Source: Azolla caroliniana
Taxonomy: Eukaryota > Plantae > Polypodiophyta
Reading direction: 5' to 3'
Length of the DNA: 64,000 nucleotides
Assembly (NCBI GenBank): GCA_043228905.1
Contig: JBHGNT010000014.1
Coordinates: 7,316,001-7,380,000 of the forward strand
Shown here: in pieces, positions 23,401-36,440 of the stretch
Layout of the letters: each line of letters opens with the position of its first letter
Position numbering within the stretch: position 1 is the first letter of the stretch
The notes under the pieces: model-generated
What the model saw: only the letters and a program-made list of their open reading frames with translations
The model's database searches: none
Told to the model about the DNA's origin: nothing
Program-made: the position numbers and the translations under genes

Positions 23401-26400
23401 AAGATCTAAATCCGATGAAACGTGATTTAGAGACCTTTATAAAAGACATGTCCCATAGGACACTATTCGATTCTGGAGGGGATGGGACATCGAAGTCATC
23501 TGTACGGAACACTAAAAGAAAACAAGTTATGATCCTTGAAGAGAAGCTCTTGAGCATAAATTCAAGAATTATTTAAATTTAGAATGGAGTATTGTCTACG
23601 TCGAGGAAGATGGAATATTGTTGCTAATATTTGTAAGTTTGAGAGTAAAGGAAAGCAATAGTTAGGGAAAACCTTCACCTAGGGTAAAGTCTATAATATA
23701 GAATATGAATAGTGATTCACCCAATTTCTTCCTCAACATAGAGACCTCGGGTGGTACCAAATGAGTGCGACTCGATGAAGAAAACCTGGTAGCTGAAAGT
23801 TGCCACCCGAAAACATTAAGAAAAGATATGCAAATGAAAAATAATCTAATAGTTGCTCTTTGGCCTTATGTCACTGGGAAGATGATGAGCACAAAAGCAA
23901 AGAATCCACCAAAATAGTCTCAAAAATCAAACATTGAACATAAGTAGTATAAAAAACGACAAAGACCTGATGACGATGAGCTCAAGGTCTTCGAGTTCGT
24001 ATAGGAGGAAGAAGACGAGCAACAACTTGAGGTAGTGGCTCCAGGAGGACAAATATCTTCTGGTGTATTGACATCTAAGTAGAACCAGATAAGAGAGAAC
24101 ATAGCAAAGACAAAACTAGTGTTACCGGCCTAGGATTGTAAAGAAATGCAAAGAATATCGTTCGGCCACAATCGAGTAGTAAATCACTTCTTTAAGAATC
24201 AAACACATAAATGGTAAGTGGAGAGTACACAAGAAAATAACACAGGATGTTTACGTGGAAACCCCTAATAGGGAAAAACCACGGGAGCCCACAAACTCCG
24301 AACTATCACTATGAAGAGAAAGGGTACAATCAGAGACTTGGAGGCAACGACCTCGAGCTCTGTTTCTTCGCACAGTGGCGATTACAACAAAAGTATCGCT
24401 ATGTATCTCTCTCTCTCTGTGTACAATAGTTGTAGCAATATGACAACAACACACTCACACACTAAAGTGATTGCCCTAAGTCATATTTATAATTATATGA
24501 ACTTAGGGCTATTTACAAATATAGCCTCAATGGGCTTATTCAAGACATATTCGCAAATCTGTCTTCTCTTCCAATTCTCACCGGCTCCCTTCCGGTTCTC
24601 ACCGGGTCTCCTCCGGTTTCTAGATCTCTTCCGGTTCTCACCGAGTTCTCTTTATTCATCACTAGATCCCATCCGGAGAGACCGATTTCCCAACAATCTC
24701 CCCCTTCACTCCAGTATGGGATGTCTTGTAAGTCTGATCTGTTTTTGGCACGCGTCTAGCTTGTCGGGTGTCAGCACCTTGGTCAGCATACCCGACCCAT
24801 TCTCCTCCGTGTGGATCTTCGTCAACACGAACTCTCGATCTTCAACTCGCTCCCGGATCCAGTGGTACGTACACTGGATGTGCTTCGTTCTGGAATGGTA
24901 TGCCGCGTTCTTTGCAAGGTGGATGGCACTTTGACTGTTGCAATAGGGCCGATATTCCTCTTGCCGGATCCCTTGCTCTCCAATGAAGTCCTTCATCCAT
25001 AATATTTCCTTGCCGGCTTCCATGGCTGCCATGTACTCCACCTCCGTGGTTGACAACGCAACCGTCTTCTATAGCCTGAACTACCACGAAACGACTCCCC
25101 CTGCATAGGTCATGACATATCCGGAAGTTGACCGGCTGGTGTCCACATCCACCGACATATTCGAATCAGTAAATCCTTCCATGAGGGGTTTACCAGAGCC
25201 GAATTAGAGGCACATACTCGAAGTGCCCTTCAAGTACCGAAGTATCCATTTTACCGCATTCCACTGCTCTTTTCTGGGGTTGGTCATGAACCGACTCACC
25301 ACTCCGACTGCGTATCCAATATCCGGTCGAGTACACACGATTGCGTACATCAAGCTCCCGACTGCAGAGGCATATGGAATCTTCATCATATCCGCCTTCT
25401 CAGCCTGTCTTCGGGCTTTGCTTACCTGATAATCTGCAATTTGTCGGGAGAGTTGATCCGATCGGTTTTGCTTCTGACATGTTAAACTGCTGAAGCACCT
25501 TTGTCACGTACTTTTCCTATGACAACCACAATTGCTTCTTCAACCGATCCCGGATGATGTGCATCCCCAGTATCTGTCTTGCCGGACCCAAGTCATTCAT
25601 TGAGAAGGTCCGGTTAAGGGCCTTCTTCAGCATTCGTATCTTGACTTGGTCTCGTTAGACGATCAACATGTCGTCCACGTACAGGAGCAATATCATGAAA
25701 TCTCCTCCACCAAATTTCTTCACAAACACGCAGTGATCGGCCTGCGTCTTGTGGTACCCTTGATTGGTCATGAAGGAGTCAAACTTCCGGTACCATTGCC
25801 GGGGAGCTTGCTTTAGTCCGTATAAGCTCTTCTTCAGCCGGCACACCAAGTGCTCCTTCCCTTTCTTCTCAAATCGTTCCAGTTGATGCATGTAGATCTC
25901 TTCTTCGAGGTCTCCATGTAGGAATGTTGTCTTGACATCCAATTGCTCTACCTCGAGGTCCATGATTGCCGTTATGCCCAAGAACGTCTGTATGGATGTC
26001 ATCTTTACTACTAGGGCAAAGATCTCATCGAAGTCCACTCCTTTCTTCTGCTGGAAGCCCTTCACCACGATTCGGGCCTTATACCTTGGTGGATTTCTGA
26101 TGTCTCCCGGTTTTAGCTTGTACACCCACTTGTTCCGGAGTGACCTCTTTCCTTTCGGCAACTCCACCAATTCATATGTGTGGTTCTCATGCAGGCAATC
26201 CATCTCATCCTACATCGCACTCAACCATTTGCGGCTATGGGTGTCTCCCCTTGCTTCTTCAAAGCTTTCCGGCTCCCCCTCATCGGTTAGCAACACATGC
26301 TTTGCATCTGGAAATCTTCGGGGGGCTCTTCTCTCCCGGAGAGGATATCTCCGTCCTTGGTTTGTGACTGTTGGTTCCTCCGTTTTTTCCTCATCCGAAT

Positions 26401-28319
26401 CCGATCTGGTTCCGGTGTCTTCTTCTTCTTCTTCTTCTTCTTCTTCTTCGGTCGGTTCGGTTTCCTGTCCGTATCTGGCCGGTTCGTTGAGTGTCATCCG
26501 GTTACCAGCTAACATCCGGTTTTAAACTGGGTATATCCTTTTGTCCTCAAACCGGTTTTCAATGGATGATCCGAAGTTCGTTACCTTCTTCTCTGACTCC
26601 CAGTCGGCAATGGTCCTGTCTTCCATGAAGACTATGTCCCGACTCCGGAACACCTTTCTGTCGGCCAGATCCCACACCTAGTGACCGAACTCATCATCGT
26701 CGTACCCAAGGAATATGCATGACCAGGACTTCGGATCCAACTTTTCTCTCTTGTCCTTCGCCACATGCACGTATGCGAGACACCCGAACAACATCAGATG
26801 CCGGTAAGACACATCCAAGGGCGAGTCTCCGTCCAAGGGTACTGAGGGTGACCTGTTTATCACGTAGGTCGCCGTCGTCAGCGCCTCAGCCCAAAACGTC
26901 TTGGGTAACTTTGCATGTGCCAGCATGCTCCGAACTCTCTCCATCACGGTCCGGTTCATCCTTTCGGCCAACCCATTTAGTTCCGGCGTCTTCGGCACGG
27001 TGAATTCGAGTCGGATTCCTCGAACTGCCCTTGGTATTCTCCTCTGTTATCTGCTCAAACCGCCTTCAGCTTCTTGCCGGTTTCTCTTTCCACTCTCGCG
27101 TGGAGCTCCTTGAAGACGGATAGCACCTGATCCTTCGTCTGCAACGGCGAGACCCACAACTTCCGGTTGTGGTCATCTATGAACGTCACGAAGTACTGCA
27201 GTCCAACATGTGACTTTGTGTCTACTTGACACACATAAGTATGCACCAGCTCCCAGTGGTGCATTCCGTCTCATCGGTGGTCTTGACCGGAAGGAGGTTC
27301 AGTTTTGCTTGCCAGCCAGGCAGTCGGTGCACTTCTCAAGTTGCACGTCCTTCACCGGAATGAGGTTGTCTTCGGCAAGCCTCTTCATCCCCTTCTCACT
27401 CATGTGACACAGTCTTCTGTGCCATAGTTCACCGGCAGTGTCAGATGCTACGTTCACTTCTTCCTTGCATATCCAGGCATGCATCAAGTACAATGTGTTG
27501 ACCTTCCGGGCTCGAGCCACTATTAAGCTCCCTTTGCACAACTTCAGGACACCATTCCGGATGCTACATGTGTAGCCTTCATCATCTAGCCGACCCTCTG
27601 ATATCAGGTTCAGTTGAACCTCCAGAACATGTCAGACATCCTTCAACAACAACTTGCATCCGGTTGATGTCGTCAACAACACATCCCCTATGCCGATAAT
27701 TCGGCATGTCCCTTCATTCCCCATCAGGACACAGGTGTGCTCACCGACTGTGTAGGATTAGAAGCATTTCCGGACCGGGGTACGGTGGAACGACGCTCCG
27801 GAATAGACAACCCAGGTTGTCTCGTCGACGGCAAGGTTCATCTCACTCTCCTCGGTGATGAGAATTAGTTCTTCTTCACTTGGCGCGATCGTCGTTGTTC
27901 CCTTCTGGTCCGGGCTTCGCCAATCCGAACCTTTTCGGTCCTGTGACTTCTTCGAATCGGTACTGTCGGTTCCCTTGTCTTTCCGGAAATGCTGACAGTT
28001 CTTCTAGAAGTGCCCCAGCTTGCCGCAATAGAAGCAAGTGGGCCTCCCCCTTAACTTTGACCGTGTCCCCGACTTTTCCTGGTTCTGGGGACTCTGACTC
28101 CTTTGTCTTCCGCGTTCCGATTCGGTAAGGAGGGCTTTGGCGTCGGAGATCACCTCCTTATCTTTCCGACGCACCTCCTCATCTAGCAAGCTTGACTTGA
28201 CTCTTGCTAGAGATAGTTGTTTCCCTTCCGGCCCGGCGTTACCCAACGTGACAACTAATGTGTCCCAGCTATCCGGGAGGGAACCGAGCAGTAGTAGAGC
28301 AAGTACCTCATCGGCGAGA

Positions 28320-28372
28320 TGCAAAAACAACGAAGGTGCGGAAGCGTTAGAAAACTAGCTTAGCTGGATAGC

Positions 28373-28407
<35 letters not shown>

Positions 28408-31400
28408 ACACACAAAAGGTACGCATGAGAGACAGAGAAAGAGTAGAACAACTTAAATCTATTATCATCAACTCTGTAAAATACTTTGTACATACAACGT
28501 GCTCAACAACACTATTTATACAAGTCCTAAGAGGACTGATAGAAGTACAGTGTACTTCAATGCTCACACGAGTGTCTGACACTAACTACGAGACATTAGC
28601 TACCTAGTAGTCTAGGTTGCTACTAGGCTTCCGGTTACTGCTTGATTCGGCTAACCGGCTCCCCAGCTCATCGGCTCACCGATCCAGCTCATCCTTCCGG
28701 ATGTCGATCTGGATCCGGTTGAGCTTGCCACTCAACACTCCCCCTCTAGCTCAACTTGAGGTCGGATCGTAGTGTCAGTCTCCATGGCAGCCGATCCTTC
28801 CACCCGGCTCCTTTTGGCGTCACTCCGCCTCGCTCACGCTCCTCGTCCGGTCCAGTCCCGTTTGTTGCGACCCTTCTGATTTTGCGCACCTCGACCTCCT
28901 CGATTGGCTTGTCTGCTCAACAGGCCCAATTTAGCTCCCTCGTTGCTGTGACTTCGATGCTTGCCGATTTGCCGATTCCTTCGTGTTGGCGTCGACTTTC
29001 GCTGCCTTCTCGTCCTCTTGGCCTTGAATTGATGTGGTTCTTCCGAATACGTCTGTTGAACGAATTGGCTGTCTCCGATTCGTTCTAGCTCTTGTTTGAA
29101 TCGGTCGCTCCCGATTCGTCTTTCGGTTCCAGGCCCTTCACCTTCTTCTTATGGTCGGCTCTGTCCTTCTTGACTCTGTTGCCATTGCCGCTTGTTCTGA
29201 CTTGTTCGGATGTGTCAACTTCCTTTGTCGTCTCGGCTCCTTTCTTCTTCTTGTATCTCCCTTTGTCGGTTCTTCACTCACCGGCGCAATTGGAAGTGTC
29301 TTTGCTAAACACCAAGAATTTCGGTGAAGTGCTGCAACTTGTCCGATCCGAGCACTGATCCCTATGAACGTACCGAAGTTCGACTTCACCGCTCAGGACA
29401 CGCTCACCCACGAAGTGGTAGTGCACTTCTATGTGCTTTGTGCGAGCATGGAATACAGGGTTCTTGGCGAGCTGCATGTTGTCGTAGTAGATCAGGATCG
29501 GGGTCAGCACCTCGATCTGCAGGTCTTGCAATAGTCGCCGAAGCCAAATGGCTTCACAAGTGGCAACGGTAGCGCACCAGTATTCAGCCTCAGTGCTCGA
29601 AAGGGCCACTGTTGGCAGCTTTTTGCTCCACGCAACATCCGCGCTACCAAGGGAAAACATATAGCCGGAGGTGGATTGGCGATCCGATGCATCGCCGGCC
29701 TAGTCGGCATCGGTGTAGCCGACTAAATCTTCGGTTGTACCATGCTGGTATAACAGGCCCTGGTCCTTCGTGCCGCTCACATATCGCAAAATCCGATGTG
29801 CGCATAGAAGGTGCTCCACGGTCAGCTTCTGCATATATTGGCTGATCACGCCGATCGGATAACTGATGTCGGGTCAGGTGATTGTCAAATATATAAGGCT
29901 TCCAACGATTTGTCGGAACCGCTTCTCATCGCAGGCCGATCCGGAGTCGGGACAGAGCTTCTGGTTCTGGTTCAAGGGTGTGGAGATTGGTCGGCATTCC
30001 GTCATGCCGAACTTGTACAACATATTTAACACATAGTGTCTTTGTGAGAGAAATATGCAGTCGGGGGTTCGGATCACCTCGATCCCAAGGAAATAGTGAA
30101 GGTCACCCAGGTCCTTCATCTCAAATGCGTCCGATAGCTGGGACTTGACTCGGCTGATTTCATCGAGTCCGGGTCCGGTGATGACTAGATCATCAACATA
30201 CAACAAGATGCAAACCGGACCGTCTGGACCTTGCCGGATGAACAACGAAGAGTCGAACTTGGAAGCCACAAACCCCATCTTACGTAACCGGTGCATGATC
30301 TTCGCATTCCAAGCTCAGGGGGGGCTTGCTTCAGGCCATAAAGTGACTTCTTCAGCCGGCATACCGCCGACTTGTTCATCTCTGACTGGAAACTGGTGGG
30401 TTGGGTCATAAAGACCTCTTCTTCAAGATCTCCTTAAAGAAATGCATTCTTCACGTCCATCTGGTGAAGATGCCACCCCCTTGCCGCAACAACTACCAAC
30501 ACCACACGAACCGTCGTCATCTTCGCTACCGGAGCAAAGGTCTCGTCATAGTCAATTCCGTGGGTCTGCGTGTATCCCTTTGCCACTAATCGGGCTTTGT
30601 ACCGGTTAACCGAACCGTCAGCATTGTACTTTACCTTGTACACCCACTTACATCCGATCGGTTTATAGTGTCGGGGAGGGTCAACTAGGTCCCATGTGCC
30701 GTTGGCATCAAGTGCCCGCATTTCTTCCTCCATAGCGGCACGCCAATTTGCGTCCTTTGCCGCTTCTGCGTAGCTCTGCGGCTCGCGCACTTCCGCCACC
30801 TTGGTCATGTATGCATAGTGATGCGCCATGTACTCATTGTACCTGTACCGCTTTACGGGGTTCTTCTGGCGGGAAGACTGGCGTAACTTATCGTTACCCG
30901 GTTTGAGGCCCTTCTTGTCCAGTTTGGTCTTCGTTGTCAAAGATCCGCCTTCTTCTTTTTCGGAGTTGGATTCGCTCCGATCTGACTCACCATTGCCGGT
31001 CTCGTGCTCCGGCATCTTCCTCTTCCCCTTTTCCTTGCGCGTGAACCGTCTCCTCGGTTGCTTGCGCGGGAAGAGCACGACAGAGTTTCCACTACTCGCC
31101 GGTTCACCATCCGACTAGTCTAATAGACCTAGTCACTCGTTCGGCCCGCTCAACCGAAACGATTCCGGACTCTCATTTAGAGTCTCGAACCCTTCGTCTT
31201 CTAACTGGACCGGTTCAGGCTCACTAGCCTCATCCTCTGGTATCGGGTCGAGGTTGGAAGTCGGAACCGGTAAGGCCATGATGCCATCTTATCAAACTCA
31301 ACATCCCAGCTTACTCGGACTTGCTTCGTCCGGGGGTTATAACACTTATACCCCTTTTGCTCTTATGAGTAACCGATCAAGATGCATTTCTCCGACTTTG

Positions 31401-34255
31401 CATCCAACTTCCTCCGTTTCTCATCCGGCACATGCACATATGCAATGCTACCGAATATCCAAAGGTGTCTCAAATTCGGCCTGCGCCCAAAATACAACTC
31501 ATGCGCGGACACTTTGTCACCGATCCGGTTTTGGATATAGATGGCCGTCCGGACCGCCTCAGCCCAGTAGAATTTGGGCATGCTCTTCTCCTCTAGCATC
31601 GCCCTTGCCATGTCGATAATCGACCGGTTCTTCCTCTCGGCCACACCGTTTTGCTTTGGTGTGTATCTGCAGTTGAACTCTCTCCGAATTCCTTTTTGCT
31701 GCAGATAACTGTTGAATTGGCCGGAAAAATATTCTTTTTCGCCATCTGACTGTAGGCACTTGATCTTCCTCTCCGTTTCCCATTCAACCACGCTTTGTAG
31801 GTTCCGTAAACACTCAAAGAATTTGCTCTTCCGCTCAATGAGATAGATCCATGTGTGCCGGCTGTAGTCGTCAATGAAGGAGACGAAGTATCGACTCCCG
31901 CCAAGACTAACGTTCTATGCCAGCCCCCATACATCCGAATGAATAAGGTTGAGCTTGTTACAGCTACGGTTTTGTTCGGTGGGGAAAGGAAGCAGGTGTT
32001 TCTTCCCGAGTTGGCAGGCTTCACATATTTGGGCCTTCTGGCCACTGAATTTCGGCAAACCAAAAACAACTTGTTTCGTTTGCAGGTCTTGAAGCCTTCG
32101 GTAATTGACGTGGCCGATCCGCTTGTGCCAGAGATCAATATCCGATTCAATCTTTTGTCCTTTGGTGAACAAAGCGGTGCCGACGTCATTGGTATCGAGT
32201 ATGAACATCCTCCCATCTCTGTGCCCTTGCGCAATAATTTGGTCCACTTCCTCGATGAAGCACCTAAGGTGCGTAAACCGCACCTGCATCCCCTGGTCAA
32301 CGATCTGACCGACTGACACCTGGTTCTTCGTGATAGTCGAAGCGTGTAATACGTTCATCAGCTTCCGCCTCTATCCAACGTGGCTCAAAGGGCCTTCTCT
32401 AACGTGCACGATTGGGTGAGGAGTGTCGTCTCCGATTTCGACGACTCCCGGTTGTTCCGGTTTCTCCAAGAAGGAGAACCACTCTTTGTGGCTCGTCATG
32501 TGATTCGACGCACCGGAATCAACGTACCACACTTCCTCCAATTTTGAAGTGGTCGTCTTCATCGAGTTAGCCTCGTGTTTCATCACCAAGGCTGGCCCCT
32601 TTACCGGCTTTTCCGGTTTTGGATCCTCCCGATCCTTCTATGTGGTGCGAGTATTGCCAATTCTCTCTACCGGCCTTGCCGGATCCGGATCTGTCCGAAT
32701 CAGTGCACTTCTTCCATCACTCGCTTTCTTTGTGGCCCTTTTTACCACAGTACCAGCATTCTGTGTCGGCCTTTGCTTGCTGTCCTCCGGCGCCGCCTTG
32801 ACTCCCCTTGCTTGTGGAGGGTTCAGAACTGCTATCGGCATGCTCTCTGTGCCTTCGGTCCTACTCTTGCCAGCCGCTACCATTGCGATCTGACCCGCCT
32901 CGTCCACCACGCCCACGGGGCCGACCTGCCTCTATGTACAACATCTGGCTGTCGGTGGGTGCACTTGTTGACGCTCCGGCGTGGTTCTCCTCTACAAGGA
33001 GCATCGACTGTAAGTCGAAAAATGACGGCGTATTTTCCCTTGTACATATTGCCGTTCGAAAGGCTCCGAACTTAGACGCTAGGCCCCCAAGACAGATTTG
33101 CACCATCTCATCTTCCTCTACAGTGACGTTGATAGAGGCAACTGAGTCACAGATCTCTTTGATTTGGGTCGTGTAATCGGCTATCGACAGGTCCTTCTAT
33201 CGGACATTGCTCAACTCCTGTCGGAGTTGTAGCTTCCGGGCCGTAGTGCTTGCCGTGAAAACCTTCTTCAGGTTTCCCCAAGCTTCTTTTGGCGTCTTGG
33301 CATCTCGAACATGGCTCGGCAGCTGGTCTCCGACACTGGACGCAAAGCAGTACATCACTTTGCTTCCTGCTTGTTCCCACACTAAGAAGTCCTTGTGTGC
33401 CACATCAGGTGCTGTGTCGTTAGCTCCGTCGACATAGCTCTAGTAACCATGCCCAAGTAGGTATTGGCGCATCTTGTATGACCAAGATGCGTAGTTGGAT
33501 CTGTTGAGCTTCTCCGCCGGGAGCGAGCTAGCCATTCCTTTGTCCATCACTTCTCTTTTTGTTCTTACCAGGTCTTAGGGTTTGTCTTCAGATGTTGATG
33601 TCGTCTGCAGAGGTTCTCAACCCTCGCGCTTTGATACCATGCAAAAAAAAACGAAGGTGCGGAAGCGTTAGACAACTGGCTTAGTCGGATAGGAACAGAG
33701 AGAGAGAGAGAGAGAGAGAGAGATTAACACACAGAAGGTACGCAGGAGAGTCAGAGAAAGAGCATAACAACTTAAATCTATTTTCATCAACTTTGTAAAA
33801 TACTCTGTACATACAACATGCTCAACAACACTATTTATACAAGTCCTAAGAGGACTGACAGAAGTATAGTGTACTTCAATGCTCACACGAGCGTCTAACA
33901 CTAACTACGAGACATTAACTGCCTAGTAGTCTAGGCTGCTACTAGGTTTCCGGTTACTACTTGATCCGGCTAACCGGCTCCCCAGCTCAATGCTCAACAA
34001 CACTATTTATACAAGTCCTAAGAGGATTGACAGAAGTATAGTGTACTTCAATGCTCACACGAGCGTCTAACACTAACTACGAGACATTAACTGCCTATTA
34101 GTCTAGGCTGCTACTAGGTTTCCGGTTACTGCTTGATCCGGCTAACCGGCTCCCCAGCTCACCGGCTCGCTTGCTCACCGGCTCATCCTTCCGGATGCCG
34201 ATCCGGCTCAGGCTTATTCAGAGGATCCGGATCCGTTTAAGCTTGTCGCTCAACA
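28320..34255 (-). mobile_element. Degenerate Ty1/copia element C (B family), nested in the gag of D
   Basis: LTRs 28320-28737 and 33640-34255, the latter with a 172-bp internal duplication. GAGA duplicated at the flanks. PBS at 33628-33639. gag-pol fragments with stops. Confidence 0.93.
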
Positions 34256-34581
34256 GAGAGGTACTTCCAACGAGGTTGCTTGGTGTATCAGCCCTTGGAA
34301 GGCATTCATGTGCTCCGCCATACTGGAGTCGTCTTGGTACCGGAGCCTCACTAGCTTCCGAAATACCGAAACCCAATTAACGACATTCTTGTTCTGGAAC
34401 ATGATGCCGATCTTCTCCCAGAGTTCATGAGCCTTGCTCTCTTCATTGAAGTTGTTGTATAGGCTCATGTCGATGAAGCACCGGATGTATGCCGTCGTCT
34501 TCATGTGCATCACCTCCCAGACCGTGGCGTTGATCTTATCCAGCCTCTTCTCGTCGAATGTTACCCGGACAAGTATGGATG

Positions 34582-35006
34582 TGTTGGAATCGGAAGGAAG
34601 TTCAGAGTCGGAGTCAGAGTCGGATCGACAGTTCAGATCGATGACTCAGTAGATAGCCGAATAGGATATAGTTAGTTACGAAGTTTTGTAATTCTTGATA
34701 ATTATAGGCAGTAGGATTTCTTGATGAGAAAAAATCTTAGGGTTACCTATAAAAGGAACCGAAGGCATTGTAAAAATCTATCGTTGTATTTGGTAATATA
34801 AACTTCAGTTAGGGAACTCTGTGTATGAATCACTCTTGCTATCTATTTCCTTCGGTCTAAGCTATACTACATAAGTCACGATCTCGGTGTCTGTTATCAC
34901 CGATAAGTTTATAACTAATCTGTATCTATTCATCTAACCACAACTTCTTGATAGAACGTTTGTCTTATACTGTGTCGGCAAAGTAGTAATTGTTGACCGA
35001 ACAACA
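34582..35006 (+). mobile_element. Probable solo LTR inserted in the gag of copia D
   Basis: TGTTGG...CAACA ends and CCTATAAAAGG near 34746. Interrupts D gag between KDL and VTFDEK. No clean TSD. Confidence 0.5.
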
Positions 35007-36390
35007 CAGTACAAAGATCTTTAACCACCAGCATGTCCCTCATCTTCGACTTCCACATTGAGTAGTTGGAGCCGGTGAGCTTCAACATGCCACCGTAAGA
35101 TTCTTCCATTTCCTGTGTTGTTCGCTCTGATACCAGTTTGTAAAGAAATGCGCGGAATATCATGCGGCCACAACCGAGTAGTAAATCACTTCTTTAAGAA
35201 TCAAACACAAAAATGGGAAGCGGAGCGTACACAAGAAAATAACACAGGATGTTTACGTGGAAAACCCTAATAGGGAAAAACCATGGGAGCCCATAGACTC
35301 CGAACTATCATTATGAAGAGAAGGGGTACAATCAGAGACTCGGAGGCAATGACCTCGAGCTCAGTTCGTACAGTGGCGGTTACAACAAAAGTATCGCTCT
35401 GTATCTCTCTCTCTCTCTGTGTGTACAATAGTTGCAACAATATGACAACAACACACTCACACACTAAAGTGATTGCCCTAAGTCATATTTATAGTTATAT
35501 GAACTTAGGGATATTTACAAATATAGCCTCAATAGGCTTATTCAAGACATATTCACAAATCTGTCTTCTCTTCCGGTTCTCACTGGGTCCTCTTTATTCA
35601 TCACCGGATCCCATTCGGAAAGACCGATTTCCCAACAAGGATAACACGGCACCGAATCCTCTATCCTTTGGGGTTCGGCTCAAGAGGATCGTGGTCAAGG
35701 AAGGAGCGTGAAGGGTCGTACTCATAGCTCAAATGGTTGTGAGCAACAATTGTTCTAGAGATCCCGATTCGTGGAGACTGTGGAGGTTTACGTAGACGGC
35801 TACAACCGACTAGTTATGCACTTACCACACAGAGTACGTGGACTCGACACAAATAAATCTCAACAAAAAATCGAGAAAACAACACATAGACAAATAGATT
35901 CTATATTTAAAAGTTCTTCATACAAATTTACGACTCTCTTTCTACAAATAGTCCATGCCCTTTATATAAGGTCATGGGCAGTAACACACAGAGCGTGAAC
36001 TGTTATCCCTCATGAATGTCGTAGATGTTTTACATCTTCTTTACTGCCTTTCGGCCCCTCCCGTCTTCTTCGCTCGGCCTTAAACCATTCCTTTGTCTTT
36101 TCCTCGTTTTCTTCTTTCCCACTTGGTCGTCTGAGGCGGCCAACACATCGCACGCTTGTGGGACAATGCCTGCATGGTCGAATCCACAGGGTAATTTTAT
36201 GCGTCATCTAAAATGTGCAGGATGCTTGGCTCTGTTTGGGCCATGTTAGTAGGGACCACAATGGGTTTCTCGGGGGCTGTCGCGGTCTGCTTCATTGGCT
36301 CTAGTGTCGCAGGTTCGGGAAGGCCAGTCAGCTTTGTTGGCTTTTTCCCATTTTGTCCTTTCCCACTTGGTCGCCGGAACCCCAAAGACA

Positions 36391-36440
36391 CTTGACTTCT
36401 AATCAAGGGATTGTGGGTTCGGGTCACACTAGGCATGCCA
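36391..36440 (+). other. Copy of the 3' half of tRNA-Arg(UCU) with CCA, at the PBS position of the TRIM-like element
   Basis: Anticodon arm CTTGA-CTTCTAA-TCAAG (anticodon TCT), T-arm GTGGGTTCG and terminal TGCCA, 4 nt from the LTR at 36445. Confidence 0.75.

Larger units (their letters stand above)
24137..35637 (-). mobile_element. Degenerate Ty1/copia element D (Tnt1/Tork-like) with nested insertions
   Basis: LTRs 24137-24695 and 35139-35637, perfect TSD AGGAT, PBS TGGTATCAGAGC at 35124-35135 and PPT near 24697. Gag MEESYGGMLKLTGSNY, CFYCGKLGHF knuckle, INT, RT (LLYVDDML) and RNaseH fragments. Confidence 0.95.

Noticed and set aside
26417-26449. (TTC)n run encoding poly-Glu in copia D
   Set aside because: Simple microsatellite in the variable INT-RT linker.
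36391-36440. Functional tRNA-Arg gene
   Set aside because: The 5' half (acceptor 5' strand and D-arm) is missing and CCA is encoded, so it is a reverse-transcribed fragment.
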